The notes: a model not told the origin generated them from the sequence alone. A stretch of 64,000 nt of DNA from an uncultured delta proteobacterium (GCA_963839305.1 CAWIUL010000011.1:2633561-2697560); one strand, 5' to 3'. Counted from the stretch's first letter, positions 39,267 through 49,871 are shown. Numbers and translations are program-made.

Positions 39267-40655
39267 TCAGAGAACAAACCTGGGTTCGTGCCAAACGAAC
39301 GTGAGGAACAGGTTCGCCGACCAGAACTCTCCGGTGAAGGGGTCATGCTGCCAAGCGCCGCGGAGGCCGAGGCCCGCTTCGATGCGCTTGTCGAGCCTGC
39401 GCAGGACCTCGGCCTCCCCCGTGACGTACGTCGCGTCGAGCGACGAGCCCCAAAGGCTGCGCACGAACGCGACGTCGCCCCTGAGCGAGTGCCTCTCGTC
39501 GATGCGCTTGAGCGCGGCGGCGCCGACCTCGAGTCGCGGGTCGATGATGCCATAGTGCATGTCCACGACCGGGCCGACGCGCGTGTAGACGTACGCCGCG
39601 GGTCGCGGCAGGGTCATCGGATGGAGGGCAGGACGATCGGCCTGCGCGTTCTGAAGCGTGTACGTGAGGATCGCGCCGAAGACCGGGTATGGCACGACGC
39701 GGTACGGTTGCGCGGGGTTGCCGTCTTTGAACGTGAGCGTGTCGATTGACGACGACGGGTAATAGATTCGTTGCGAGCGGTCGTCCGTGTCGTTGACGGT
39801 CACCCGCGCGAGCGTCGCGCCGCCGACGAGATCGATCATGATTCGCCTCGCGATGGCGTGACTCCACACCTCGCGCACGCCCACCCACTGGCCGCTCGGC
39901 GCGCACAGCGGAGGATTCGGGGTGGTGAGGTTGAGCTGCGGCCCTCCGGTCGCCGGATCGCACGGGCGTTGCGTCGAATCCGCGGCCGTTGCATCGCCCT
40001 GCGTGACGAGGGTGTCGCGGCGCGTGACGCGTTGCGCGACGGTGAGGTCGACGTGCGGAACCGACACGAGGGGTACGAGCGCGCGCGAGGGTTCGTCGAG
40101 GCCACCGTTCAGGCTGTAGCTGGCCGAGATCGAGAACGTCGTCTTGCGGTGGGTGTAGTGCAGCATCGCGCTCGTGGACGACGAGCCGTACGTCACGGTC
40201 TCGCTGGCGCAGTGAGCCAGGTCGGTGCAGGGAAGGAGCTGCACGGGCGGTGGGCCGCCCAGCACCTGTCCCGGCGCGATGGCGTACGGCGTGAGGAACG
40301 AGAAGTTCATCTGCCCGAACGAGGCGCCTTCCGACGCGCTGATGCCCCAGTGGCGAGACGCGTACGAGGCCGACGTCTCCGCATACTGGAAGAGCAGCGG
40401 CGCTTGCGGCGTGGTGAAGAGCATCTCGAGATCGGGCTCGGTGATCTGCGCCGCGTAGCTGAACCTGAAGTCGAACTGGCGCGACTTCGTCTCGAAGTGC
40501 GCGTAGGGCGACGTCATCAGATCGAGCCCGGCAGTCGGCACCTGCGCGCCCGTCGCCGAGATCGTCGGGGTCAAGCGCAGGCGAAGCTCGTTGACCGCGC
40601 CGATGTCGATCGTGGAGAGGAGACCGCTCGCGACGAGGACGATGCTGCCCAGCAT
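39267..40655 (-). CDS. Predicted outer-membrane beta-barrel protein, probable partner of the short OPX.
   Basis: Alternating amphipathic beta-strand pattern, with aromatic residues at the C-terminus (…HEPRFVL). Gene context between wzy and the glycoside hydrolase. Confidence 0.55.
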   Translation of the reverse strand: MLGSIVLVASGLLSTIDIGAVNELRLRLTPTISATGAQVPTAGLDLMTSPYAHFETKSRQFDFRFSYAAQITEPDLEMLFTTPQAPLLFQYAETSASYASRHWGISASEGASFGQMNFSFLTPYAIAPGQVLGGPPPVQLLPCTDLAHCASETVTYGSSSTSAMLHYTHRKTTFSISASYSLNGGLDEPSRALVPLVSVPHVDLTVAQRVTRRDTLVTQGDATAADSTQRPCDPATGGPQLNLTTPNPPLCAPSGQWVGVREVWSHAIARRIMIDLVGGATLARVTVNDTDDRSQRIYYPSSSIDTLTFKDGNPAQPYRVVPYPVFGAILTYTLQNAQADRPALHPMTLPRPAAYVYTRVGPVVDMHYGIIDPRLEVGAAALKRIDERHSLRGDVAFVRSLWGSSLDATYVTGEAEVLRRLDKRIEAGLGLRGAWQHDPFTGEFWSANLFLTFVWHEPRFVL

Positions 40656-40659
40656 TGCG

Positions 40660-42762
40660 TCACTCGACCGCTACACCGATGGGCGCGACGAGGTGCGCGT
40701 CGATGACGCTGATCGAATAGGCGGGCAAGGTGAGCTTCACGTGGCCCGTCGCGGCGGTCGCCGGCGTGCTCGTGAACGCGTCGCCCTGGCCCGTGTAAGT
40801 GTACGCGGTCGTCTTCTCGGTCTCGCCGCACGATCCCATGTCGACGTCCGCGGCGATCGCGGCATCGGGCGAGAAGTTGAGCACGACGAGGACCACGTGC
40901 TTGCCGTCGCGATCGCGCGACGCGAAGAGCGACGTCTGGAGCGAGGCCTTCGTCGGGATGGAGAAGTCCTCGAAGCGCGCTCCCTTGCCGTCGAAGTTAC
41001 GATATGCGTTGAACGCGGCCGCAGCGGGCGAACCAGCGGGCGGGACGGTCCAGTAGTACGCCGCGGTCACGCCGTACTCGCCGAAGCGACCGAGCGCCTC
41101 CGCGTCCGCGAGCCCGCCGCTCATGTGCGGCTCGCCGCCGAAGCTCCACTCGCCGATCATGATGCCGAGCCCCGGGTAGCTCTCGTCGATCCACTGGCGC
41201 ATGCGCGGCAGCAGGTACACCGGTTCGTTGATCCACGACTCGTCGGTGTAGCTGCGATCCCAGAGGCCGCGCGTCATGTTGATGCGGAGCGCGGCGGTCT
41301 TCGGATCCGAGGCGGCGGAGTAGACGTTCTGCCCCTGCGGGTAGAAGTGCAGGTCGAGGAGATCGAGCAGCCTCGTGTTCGTCTTGTCGGCCTCGGCCTT
41401 CACGCGCTTGAGGAGCCACGGCACGAGCGGCTCGTCGCCGTGGGCGCGCCGGTCGGGCTTGATGCGGAAGCCGGCCTTCGCGTCCTTTGCGGAATACAAA
41501 TATCCGGGCCATCCCCACTCGGCGGGTCCGGCGATCTTCACGTCGGGCGCGGCCTTGCGCACCGCGGCCGCGTACTGGAGGGTCTTCTCGAGGAGCTCGT
41601 CGTACGTGGTCGGGTCGGGGTGGACGTCGCCGTGCGTGCTGTTCCAGAGGGCGGGCTCGTTGTCGAGGATGACGATGTCGATCTTGCGGCCGTCCTTCTT
41701 GAGCGCCTCGAGCCAGCGCGCGTCGAAGCTCGGATCGATGCGGATGCTCGTGCGTTCGGGAGGACCCGGCGTGACCGGCTTGCCGTCGGGTTTCATGCCG
41801 TTGCCCGCGTCCTTGCGGAAGTCGTCCACGCGCTGCTGCGCGCCGAAGACGCTCACGGGGTACGACGACGACGTCGTGTCCTTCGCGACCCAGCCGAGGA
41901 TCGGCACGGTCAGCGCGCTCGACATCCCCATGCTGACGTTCTCGTTGAAGAACGCCGAGACCGGCTTGGCCTCGACGTTCTCGAAGAACCAGTCGTTCCC
42001 TGTGTTCCAGGCGTTGAGCTGCCAGTTGTATCGCGTCGTCGGGTTGCCGCCCCAGCGGCGCGAGGTCGCATGCACCGTCGGCGGAGCCTTCGCCATCGCG
42101 TTCCACGCGATGCCGTACACGAGCGGGCTGATCGCCTTGCCGTGCGCGCGGCAGTCGACGCGGAGCGTGGCGCTCGCCGACGGGATCGGCGAAGGCGGGG
42201 GCGCGCCGCCGTCGGCGCCGGCGGCGACGAGCGCGATCTTGTCGATCAGCACGCGGTCCGAGGGCATGTCGCGAAACGCGCGCAAGACGATGCGATCGAA
42301 CGGCGCGTCGTCCGGATCGAGCTCGCCGATCGGCACGTAGACCTCTTCCCAGCCATCGGCGAGATCGGCCTTCTGATCGGCGCGCACCATCACGCGCGGG
42401 AAGATCTTCTTGTCGCGCGAGTCGAGCCGCACCTCGAGGAACTCGGCCTCACCCGGCGGCACCTTCACGTGCAACACCAAGCCTCCGAAGCGTCCCTTCA
42501 GGTTCGGCTTCGTGAGCATCCACCCGCCGCGCTTCGAAAAATCGATGCTCGCGGGGCCATGACCGATCTCGTGAGGCGACCACCCCGAGTCTTCCCAGCC
42601 GGCCTTGAGCGCGCCGTCATAGACGCTCTCGGCGATCGGGCGCGTCGCGGGGAGCGCGCCCGCCGACGACGCGAGCGGCTGTCCGCCGCGCGAGTGAGGG
42701 CATCCAAGCGCGCCGCAAGCGAGCAGTGCGAGAGCGGAGAGGTGTCGTATGCGAGTCGTCAA
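40660..42762 (-). CDS. Secreted glycoside hydrolase lipoprotein (GH44-like by motif recollection).
   Basis: Lipobox LLACGALGC, an RWGGNPTTRYNW motif and a TIM-barrel-like catalytic region. 700 aa. Confidence 0.6.
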   Translation of the reverse strand: MTTRIRHLSALALLACGALGCPHSRGGQPLASSAGALPATRPIAESVYDGALKAGWEDSGWSPHEIGHGPASIDFSKRGGWMLTKPNLKGRFGGLVLHVKVPPGEAEFLEVRLDSRDKKIFPRVMVRADQKADLADGWEEVYVPIGELDPDDAPFDRIVLRAFRDMPSDRVLIDKIALVAAGADGGAPPPSPIPSASATLRVDCRAHGKAISPLVYGIAWNAMAKAPPTVHATSRRWGGNPTTRYNWQLNAWNTGNDWFFENVEAKPVSAFFNENVSMGMSSALTVPILGWVAKDTTSSSYPVSVFGAQQRVDDFRKDAGNGMKPDGKPVTPGPPERTSIRIDPSFDARWLEALKKDGRKIDIVILDNEPALWNSTHGDVHPDPTTYDELLEKTLQYAAAVRKAAPDVKIAGPAEWGWPGYLYSAKDAKAGFRIKPDRRAHGDEPLVPWLLKRVKAEADKTNTRLLDLLDLHFYPQGQNVYSAASDPKTAALRINMTRGLWDRSYTDESWINEPVYLLPRMRQWIDESYPGLGIMIGEWSFGGEPHMSGGLADAEALGRFGEYGVTAAYYWTVPPAGSPAAAAFNAYRNFDGKGARFEDFSIPTKASLQTSLFASRDRDGKHVVLVVLNFSPDAAIAADVDMGSCGETEKTTAYTYTGQGDAFTSTPATAATGHVKLTLPAYSISVIDAHLVAPIGVAVE

Positions 42763-42799
42763 GGGCCAGCTCGTGAGGGTAGCGGATGGAAACGTCTGC

Positions 42800-43792
42800 T
42801 CAAAGCATCGCGCGGTCTTTCGACTGCTCGAGCGCGCGGATCGTCAAGAGGGTGACGCGATGGAGAGGCGAGTCGGGGCTGATGACCGTCACGTCCTGGC
42901 GAAGCTGGTCGGCGATGCCTTGGAGGATGCCGGCGACGGCCGCCTCGTGGCGCGCCTGCGGCGGCGCGCTCGGGTTCGGGATCGGGTGGCGCGCCTGGCG
43001 CGCGACGTCGGTGAGGTAGAGTAACCATCCGCCGCGCTCGAGCGGACGCGCGGCGTCGTGCGGCAGCGCGGGTGGCGTGCCTCCGAAGACGATGCGCAGC
43101 GGCTCGGCGACGACGTACGGCTTGAGGTGCACGGGAAGCTCTTCGGCGACGCGCATGCGATCGAGCAAGACCATCAGCGTGAGCGCGTGCGCCTCGCCGC
43201 CGAGCTCGCCCGCGTCGACGCGATAGAGCTCGGAGAACGCGAGGGACGACTCGAGCTCGGGCAGCGCGAACGCCTCTTCGACGTCGAGCTTCTCGCGCTC
43301 GTGATCGAAGTCACGCGTGATGCGATGCGCCGCGCGGCGAGCGAGCGTCGTCTCGCGCTCGGCGGCCGCGAGCTTCGTGAAGAGCCTCTGGAGGGCGTCG
43401 GCGTTGCGCGCCTCGGTGGGATCGTGGAGCGCGCGGCGACCGAGCGTCGCGTTGATCGCGTCGAGCGTCTCTGGCTCGAACGCGCGAAGCTGGAGGTAAC
43501 GCGTGTGATCGGCCTTGCCGAAGACGTTCTGGATGACGGCTTCGCACCGGAGCTCCGACGACGCGGCGCGCTCAGCGGGCGTCTCGCCTTGGACGTCGCC
43601 CCAGATGCCGCCCATCCAGCACGATGCGGTGTCGACGAGGAGAGCGTGCGCGGAGTGCGCGTGCGCGGCGCCGACCGCTGCGCTCGTGACGGTCGTAGAG
43701 CCGGAGGTGGATTGCGCGCACGCCGCGAGGGCGCACGTGAGCACCATCGCAGATCCGTTGAGGCGCTTTTGCTTCGTGTTCATGATGCTCAC
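42800..43792 (-). CDS. Hypothetical lipoprotein.
   Basis: Signal peptide with lipobox LTCALAAC. 330 aa. Confidence 0.55.
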   Translation of the reverse strand: MSIMNTKQKRLNGSAMVLTCALAACAQSTSGSTTVTSAAVGAAHAHSAHALLVDTASCWMGGIWGDVQGETPAERAASSELRCEAVIQNVFGKADHTRYLQLRAFEPETLDAINATLGRRALHDPTEARNADALQRLFTKLAAAERETTLARRAAHRITRDFDHEREKLDVEEAFALPELESSLAFSELYRVDAGELGGEAHALTLMVLLDRMRVAEELPVHLKPYVVAEPLRIVFGGTPPALPHDAARPLERGGWLLYLTDVARQARHPIPNPSAPPQARHEAAVAGILQGIADQLRQDVTVISPDSPLHRVTLLTIRALEQSKDRAML

Positions 43793-44069
43793 CCGGCTCT
43801 AGGGGAAGCATCGGATGTGCCACGCGCCTCAGGAGCTGCGCCTGCGATGGCGCGCCGCGGGAGCGCTCGTCTTGCGCTCGCGGCGACGCGAAGTTCGTGT
43901 CGGGCTTGCTCCGGTTCGCGCTCTTGCGCGTGGACTTCCGTGACGGGCGAGCGCTCGCGGTGCGACGCACGAGCGCGTACGTAGCTTTTCGTCCCGCCCT
44001 GCGGTTGGGCGCACTTTTGCGCCCTTGCGCGTCGTGTGCGCCGTGCGGTTCTTGGGTCCGGGTTTCGCG

Positions 44070-45258
44070 TCACGCGCGCCGCACGAACGCGAACGCCGCG
44101 ACCACGGCGACCGTCGCGAAGCCTCCGGCGACGACCGTCGCGGGCGCGCCGAAGCGCTCGCCGAGCGCGCCCGCGGCCAAGCTGCCGAACGGCGTCATGC
44201 CGAAGAACGCCATCGTGAAGAAGCTCATCACACGACCGCGCTTGTCTTCCTCGACGAGCGTCTGGATCAGCGTGTTCGTCGCGGCCATCGTGATCATCAT
44301 CCCCGCGCCTGTCGTCACCATCAGCGCGAGCGAGAGCGCCATGTCGGTCGAGAACCCGAACGCGACGAGCGACGCGCCGAAGAGCGCGCCCGCGAGGATC
44401 ATCGCGCGCTCCATGCGCGACGCGTCCTTGCGCGACGCGAGCCAGAGCGCGCCCGCGATCGCGCCGACGCCGGAGCCAGCCGTGAGGATGCCGAGCGTGT
44501 GCGGCCCGCCGCGGAGGACGACCTTCGCAAAGATGGGCAAGAGCACCTGAAACGGCGCGCCCACGAGGCTCACGAGCGCGAGGAGCATCAGCGCAGAGCG
44601 GATCGGCACGTGAGCCGCGACGTAGCGGAATCCGTCGCGAAGCTCGAGGAGCGGGTGGCGCGGCGCGCGCCGCGGCCGGAGCGCGACGCGCATCATGAGG
44701 AGCGACGCGATCACGGCGACGTAGCTCGCGGCGTCGATCGCGAAGCACCACCCCTCGCCGAACGAGGGCGATGAGCACGCCCGCGATCGACGGACCGACG
44801 AGGCGCGCGATGTTCACGATGGTCGAGTTGAGCGCGATCGCGTTCGGCAGATCCTCGCGCGCCTCGACCATCTCGACGACGAACGCCTGCCGCGCGGGCG
44901 TGTCGAACGCGTTCACCAGCCCTTGGACGATGACGAGCGCGATGACGTGCCAGACCGTGATGCGCGTGAGCGCGAACGCGGCAAGCGCCGCGGACTGCGC
45001 CATCGAGAGCACCTGCGACCAGACGAGCACGCGGTGGCGGTTCCACCGGTCGACGGCGACGCCCGCGAACGGCGCGAGCAAGAACGTCGGGATTTGCCCC
45101 GCGAAACCGACGATCCCGAGGAGCCACGCCGACCCCGTGAGCCGGTAGACGAGCCAGCTCGTCGCGACGCGCGTGATCCACGTGCCGATGAGCGAGATGC
45201 CTTGTCCGACGAAGAAGAGCCGGTAGTTCCGGTGCCGAAGCGCCCGCCCGACGTTCAT
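44070..45258 (-). pseudogene. MFS transporter (EntS-like), apparent single frameshift near 44760.
   Basis: N-terminal 6 TM in the frame of ATG 45258 (MNVGRAL...GVLIAL). C-terminal 6 TM in the frame of ORF 44070..44714. Hand translation shows continuity (...FGEGWCFAIDAASYVAVIASLL...) after a 1-nt shift. Confidence 0.65.
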
Positions 45259-46855
45259 ACTTCGACGTGCGCGTCGATCTTCACCACTTCGCCGCCGTCG
45301 TGGTCGGGCGACTTCAAGAAGAGGAGCAGCGGCAGCACGAACAAGAACGCGATCCCCGAGAAGAGGAACAGCTTCTCGAACATGAGCACCGCCGCTTGGC
45401 GCGCGACGAGACCTTGCATGGCGCGCTCGGCCGCCTGCGTCGCGGATTGGAAATCGTACCCGCGCGACTCGAAGGCCTGCGTGATGCCCATCACGCGCCC
45501 GGAGACCTCGGGGCGCGTCATCGTGACGTGCGCGCCGACGGACTGCATCGCGCTCTGCGTGAAGCGCGGGATGAACGTCGCGATGACGGCGAGCCCCATC
45601 GACCCGCCGATTTGGCGCAAGAGCGAGTTCAGCCCCGTCGCGTCCGGGAGCTTGTGGCGCGGCACCTGCGCGAGCGCGACCGTCGTCAGCGGGATGAACA
45701 AGCACGCGAAGGCGATGCCTTGGATGATGAGGACCGCGATGATGTCCTTTTGCGTCGTGTCGAGCGTGTAGTGGCTCATCATGTACGCGCTGATCGAGAA
45801 CATGCAGATGCCGAACGCGACGGTGAGCCGCGGGGAGACCTTGTTGTAGAGGCGCCCGATGATGGGCATCATCACCATCATCGTGAGCGCGCGCGGCATG
45901 AGCGCCATGCCGGACTGCACGGCCGTGAAGCCGAGCATCTCTTGCATGAAGACGGGCAAGAGGAACGTGAGCGAGATCAGCATCGCGAACATCACCGCGC
46001 CGATGAGCGTGCCGGACGTGAAGACCGCGTCGCTGAAAGAGAGACAGGTTCACGACGGGCGCCGTCGCGGTGCGCTCGCGGATGACGAACGCGGCGAGCG
46101 CAAATCGCGGCGACCGCCGCGCACACCGTGATGAGCGGCGACTCGAACCAGTCGTCCTTTTGACCTTCTTCGAGCACGTACTGGAGCGTCGCGACGCCGA
46201 CGGTGAGCAGCGCGATCCCCGCCCAGTCCATGTTCCTGCGCTGTTTTTCGGCCATCGCGACGTTCACCGCGCGGACGTCCTCTGGCTCGTGCACGAACGT
46301 GCTCACCATCACGAGCGCGAGCGCGCCGACGGGGAGGTTGATGTAGAAGATCCACGGCCAGCTGTAGTTGTCGACGATGTACCCGCCGAGCGTGGGACCG
46401 AACGCTGGGCCGATGACGACCGCGACGCCGAAGAGCGCCATCGCCATGCCCTGCTCTTTCGGCGGGAAGGTCTGCCGGAGGATCGCTTGCTCCGTCGGTT
46501 GGAGCGCGCCTGCGCCGAGGCCTTGGAAGAACCGGCACACGACGAGCATCGGCAGCGAGCGCGCGAGGCCGCAGAACGCCGAGCCGAGGACGAACATCGT
46601 GAGCGCGATCATGTAGACGCGCTTCTGCCCGAAGAGCCGACCGAGGAACGCCGTGAGCGGCATCACGATGACGTTGGCGATGATGAACCCCGTCGACACC
46701 CAGGTGATCTCCTCGACGGTCGCGCCGAGCGAGCCGCGGAGGTGCGGCGTCGCGACGTTCACGATCGACGCGTCGATCGTTCCCATGAGCGTGCCGAAGG
46801 TCACCGAGAGCGCGACGAGCCACTTGTTCTGCGGACGCGCTGCCATCGCGGGAGC
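45255..46855 (-). pseudogene. DHA2-family (EmrB/QacA-like) MFS efflux transporter with two closely spaced frameshifts.
   Basis: N-terminal part from ATG 46855 (MAARPQNKWL...). A middle 22 codons (RFALAAFVIRERTATAPVVNLS) is readable only in the third frame, between about 46046 and 46112. The C-terminal part is in the frame of ORF 45255..45995. Confidence 0.65.
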
Positions 46856-46876
46856 GAGTAGCATATCCTCGTCGCG

Positions 46877-48379
46877 GTGCCGACGCTTCGCATCGTTTCG
46901 GTCAACGACGTCTACACGCTCGAGCATTTGCCGCGGCTCAAGAATCTCGTGCGCCATTTTCGCGCCGCGCCCGGCGCAAACGTGACGCTCGTCGTCCTCG
47001 CCGGCGACTTCCTCGCGCCGAGCTTGCTGTCGAGCTTGGACGCGGGGCGCGGGATGATCGACTGCATGAACGACGTCGGGTTCACGCACGTCGTGCTCGG
47101 AAATCACGAGGATGACATCCCGACGACCGAGCTCCACCGTCGCATCGCGGAGCTCCACGCGACGTGGCTCGTGACCAACGTACGCTTCGACCCGAAGACC
47201 AAGCACCACGAGGTCATCGACGTGGACAACGTGCGCGTCGGTCTCCTCGGCGTGGTCGTCGTCGATCGCAACCTCTACCGTGACGGCCCATTCGGCGGCG
47301 CGCCGTCCGAGCCGGCGAACGCGTGCGCGCTGCGCGAGGCCAAGAAGCTCGTCGACGAGGGCTGCGCGTGCGTCGTGCCGATCACGCACCAGTCGATCGA
47401 GGACGATCGCGCCCTCGCGCGCGCGGGGATGTGGCCGCCGTTTCCGGTCATCGTCGGCGGGCACGAGCACACGCCGTTCCTCGAGAAGATCAACGGAACC
47501 GAGATCGTCAAAGCAGGCTCGGACGCCGTCTCCGCGGTGATCACCGAGGTCACGTGGCCCGGTCCCTCGGTCACGTCGCACCTCGAGCCCGTCGCGAAAT
47601 ATCCCGAGGACCCCGAGCTCCGCGAGCGCGTCGACGCGCACATGCTCAAGGTCCACGAGATCCAGACCGCGACGCTCGTCGTCCTTCCGCCGGGCGAGAA
47701 GCTCTCGTCCATCGGCTCGCGACGCGCTGTGACCTCGCTCGGCACGCTCCTCTGCTCGCGCATGCGCGACGCGCTCGGCGCCGAGCACTGCCTCTTCAAC
47801 GGCGGAGGCATCCGCGGCGCTCGCGACTACGAGGAGCGGCTCACCTACGGAGACATCGAGACCGAGGTCCCGTTCGACAACGAGATCGTCGTCGTGCGGA
47901 TGCCCGGCCGCGTGCTGCGCGAGGCCGTGATCGCCTCGCGCTCGCACGCGCCCGAGGAGTCCGGCGCGTTCCTCCAAGTCGACGACGCGCTCGAGCTCGA
48001 CGCGCTCGAGGACGACCGCGAGTACCGCGTCGCGCTCGTTCGAAACCTCCTCACGGGGATGGACCACGTCGAGCCGCTCGAGCGCTTCGCGAAGGAGCAC
48101 CCCGAGAAAGTCCCGCCGGTCACGACCGGTCGCGACGTGAAGCACGTGCTCGTCGACGCGTTCGCGGTCGAGCTCTGGCGCAAGCTCGGCGGCTTCGACC
48201 AGATCGACGCGAACCACGACGGCGTCATCACCGAGCCCGAGGTCGCCGCGGCGCTCGCGCGCGTCACCGCCGAGGCGCCCTCGCACGTGACCGCGCACCT
48301 CTTGATCCACGCGATCGACCGAAACGCCGACGACGTGATCTCGCCGAGCGAGCTCGAGCAAATCGCCAAGCGCACATGA
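46877..48379 (+). CDS. Metallophosphoesterase / 5'-nucleotidase-like protein with a C-terminal EF-hand pair.
   Basis: Calcineurin-like motifs (GDF, GNHE). 5'-NT C-terminal-like region. Two canonical EF-hand loops: DANHDGVITEPE and DRNADDVISPSE. Confidence 0.75.
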   Translation: MPTLRIVSVNDVYTLEHLPRLKNLVRHFRAAPGANVTLVVLAGDFLAPSLLSSLDAGRGMIDCMNDVGFTHVVLGNHEDDIPTTELHRRIAELHATWLVTNVRFDPKTKHHEVIDVDNVRVGLLGVVVVDRNLYRDGPFGGAPSEPANACALREAKKLVDEGCACVVPITHQSIEDDRALARAGMWPPFPVIVGGHEHTPFLEKINGTEIVKAGSDAVSAVITEVTWPGPSVTSHLEPVAKYPEDPELRERVDAHMLKVHEIQTATLVVLPPGEKLSSIGSRRAVTSLGTLLCSRMRDALGAEHCLFNGGGIRGARDYEERLTYGDIETEVPFDNEIVVVRMPGRVLREAVIASRSHAPEESGAFLQVDDALELDALEDDREYRVALVRNLLTGMDHVEPLERFAKEHPEKVPPVTTGRDVKHVLVDAFAVELWRKLGGFDQIDANHDGVITEPEVAAALARVTAEAPSHVTAHLLIHAIDRNADDVISPSELEQIAKRT

Positions 48380-49272
48380 TGTTCGACCCAGTCACGCTCG
48401 ATCAGCTCCGCGCTTTCGTCACGGTCGTCGAGGAGGGCAGCTTCTCCGCGGGCGCGCGCAAGCTCCGGCGCGTGCAGTCCGCGATCAGCACGGCAATGGG
48501 AAACCTCGAGGAGCAGCTCGGCGTGACGCTCTGGGATCGCTCGACGAAGATCGCGAAGCTCACGCCACAAGGACGCGCGGTGCTCGCGGCGTCGCGCCGC
48601 GTCCTCGTCGAGGTCGACTCGCTGAAGCAGCTCACCGCGGGGATGGTCGCTGGGCTCGAGCCCTCGGTCTCGCTGTGCGTCGACGCGCTCTTTCCGGTCC
48701 CCGCGCTCGTCGACATCTGCGCGGCGTTCGCGAAGGAGTTTCCCACGGTCGATCTGCGCGTCGACACGCAGGTTCTCTCCGGCGTGAGCGCTGCGGTCCT
48801 CTCGGGGACGGCGACGATCGGCGTCGTCGGCCCGCCCGCGCTCCCGCCTGCGCTCGAACGAAAGCAGCTCGCGTCGATTCGCATGATCCCGGTCGTCGGC
48901 CCGAAGCACGCGCTCGCCGCCGAGAAGAAGGCGATCTCGACCGCGCGCCTCTCGGAGTTCGTTCAAATCGTCCTCTCCGAGCGCGGCGAGAGCGGCGTCC
49001 CCGATCAAGCCGTGCTCTCGCCTCGAACGTGGCGCGTCGCCGATCTCCACACGAAGCACGCGATGCTGCGAGCGAACCTCGGCTGGGGAAACCTGCCCGA
49101 TCACCTCGTTCTCGAGGACATCGAGCGAAAGCGCCTCGTGGCCATTCGCCCGCAGGCCTGGAGCGAGTCCGAGACGCGGCTTCCGTTCTACGCGATTTAC
49201 CGCGGAACGACGTTCGGGCCGGCGCACGAGTGGCTCCTCGCCGCGCTCGAGGGCCATCTTCAAAATCGATGA
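48376..49272 (+). CDS. LysR family transcriptional regulator.
   Basis: N-terminal LysR HTH (LDQLRAFVTVVEEGSFSAGARKL) plus a substrate-binding domain. ATGA overlap with the upstream gene. Confidence 0.9.
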   Translation: MMFDPVTLDQLRAFVTVVEEGSFSAGARKLRRVQSAISTAMGNLEEQLGVTLWDRSTKIAKLTPQGRAVLAASRRVLVEVDSLKQLTAGMVAGLEPSVSLCVDALFPVPALVDICAAFAKEFPTVDLRVDTQVLSGVSAAVLSGTATIGVVGPPALPPALERKQLASIRMIPVVGPKHALAAEKKAISTARLSEFVQIVLSERGESGVPDQAVLSPRTWRVADLHTKHAMLRANLGWGNLPDHLVLEDIERKRLVAIRPQAWSESETRLPFYAIYRGTTFGPAHEWLLAALEGHLQNR

Positions 49273-49343
49273 TACACATCGAGATTTCATCGATTCCGCT
49301 CATCATTTAAAGTCGTACGTTGAGCGGCATCGGAGGTCTTCAG

Positions 49344-49871
49344 ATGGCTACGTACAGCGTCGATGGTTCTCACTCGGAGATTGGTTTCAGCGTTCGCCAC
49401 ATGATGTTCGCGAAGGTGCGCGGGCAGTTCAAGACGTGGACCGCGAAGCTCGGTTACGACGCGGCGAGCCCGGCCAAGTCGACGATCGAGGTCGAGGTCG
49501 ACACGGCGAGCATCGACACGCGCGACGAGAAGCGCGACGGGCACCTCAAATCCGGCGACTTTTTCGATGCGGAGAAGCACCCGAAGATGATCTTCAAGAG
49601 CACGGCCATCGAGCCGGCGGGCTCGGGCAAGTACAAGCTCACGGGCGATCTCACGATCCGCGGCGTCACGCACCCGCTCACCCTCGAGGTCGAGCAGACG
49701 GGCAGCGGCAAAGACCCGTGGGGCAACGATCGCCTCGGTTTCTCCGCGCGCGGCTCGATCAGCCGCGGCGAGTGGGGCCTCAAGTGGAACCAGGCGCTCG
49801 AGGCCGGCGGCGTCCTCGTGAGCGACAAGGTCGACATCGAGGTCGAGGCGCAGGTCGTTCAGGGAAAGTAG
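49344..49871 (+). CDS. YceI family periplasmic polyisoprenoid-binding protein.
   Basis: YceI family pattern (HSEIGFSVRHMMFAKVRGQF...LTIRGVTHP...). GGAGG RBS 7 nt upstream of the ATG at 49344. Confidence 0.85.
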   Translation: MATYSVDGSHSEIGFSVRHMMFAKVRGQFKTWTAKLGYDAASPAKSTIEVEVDTASIDTRDEKRDGHLKSGDFFDAEKHPKMIFKSTAIEPAGSGKYKLTGDLTIRGVTHPLTLEVEQTGSGKDPWGNDRLGFSARGSISRGEWGLKWNQALEAGGVLVSDKVDIEVEAQVVQGK

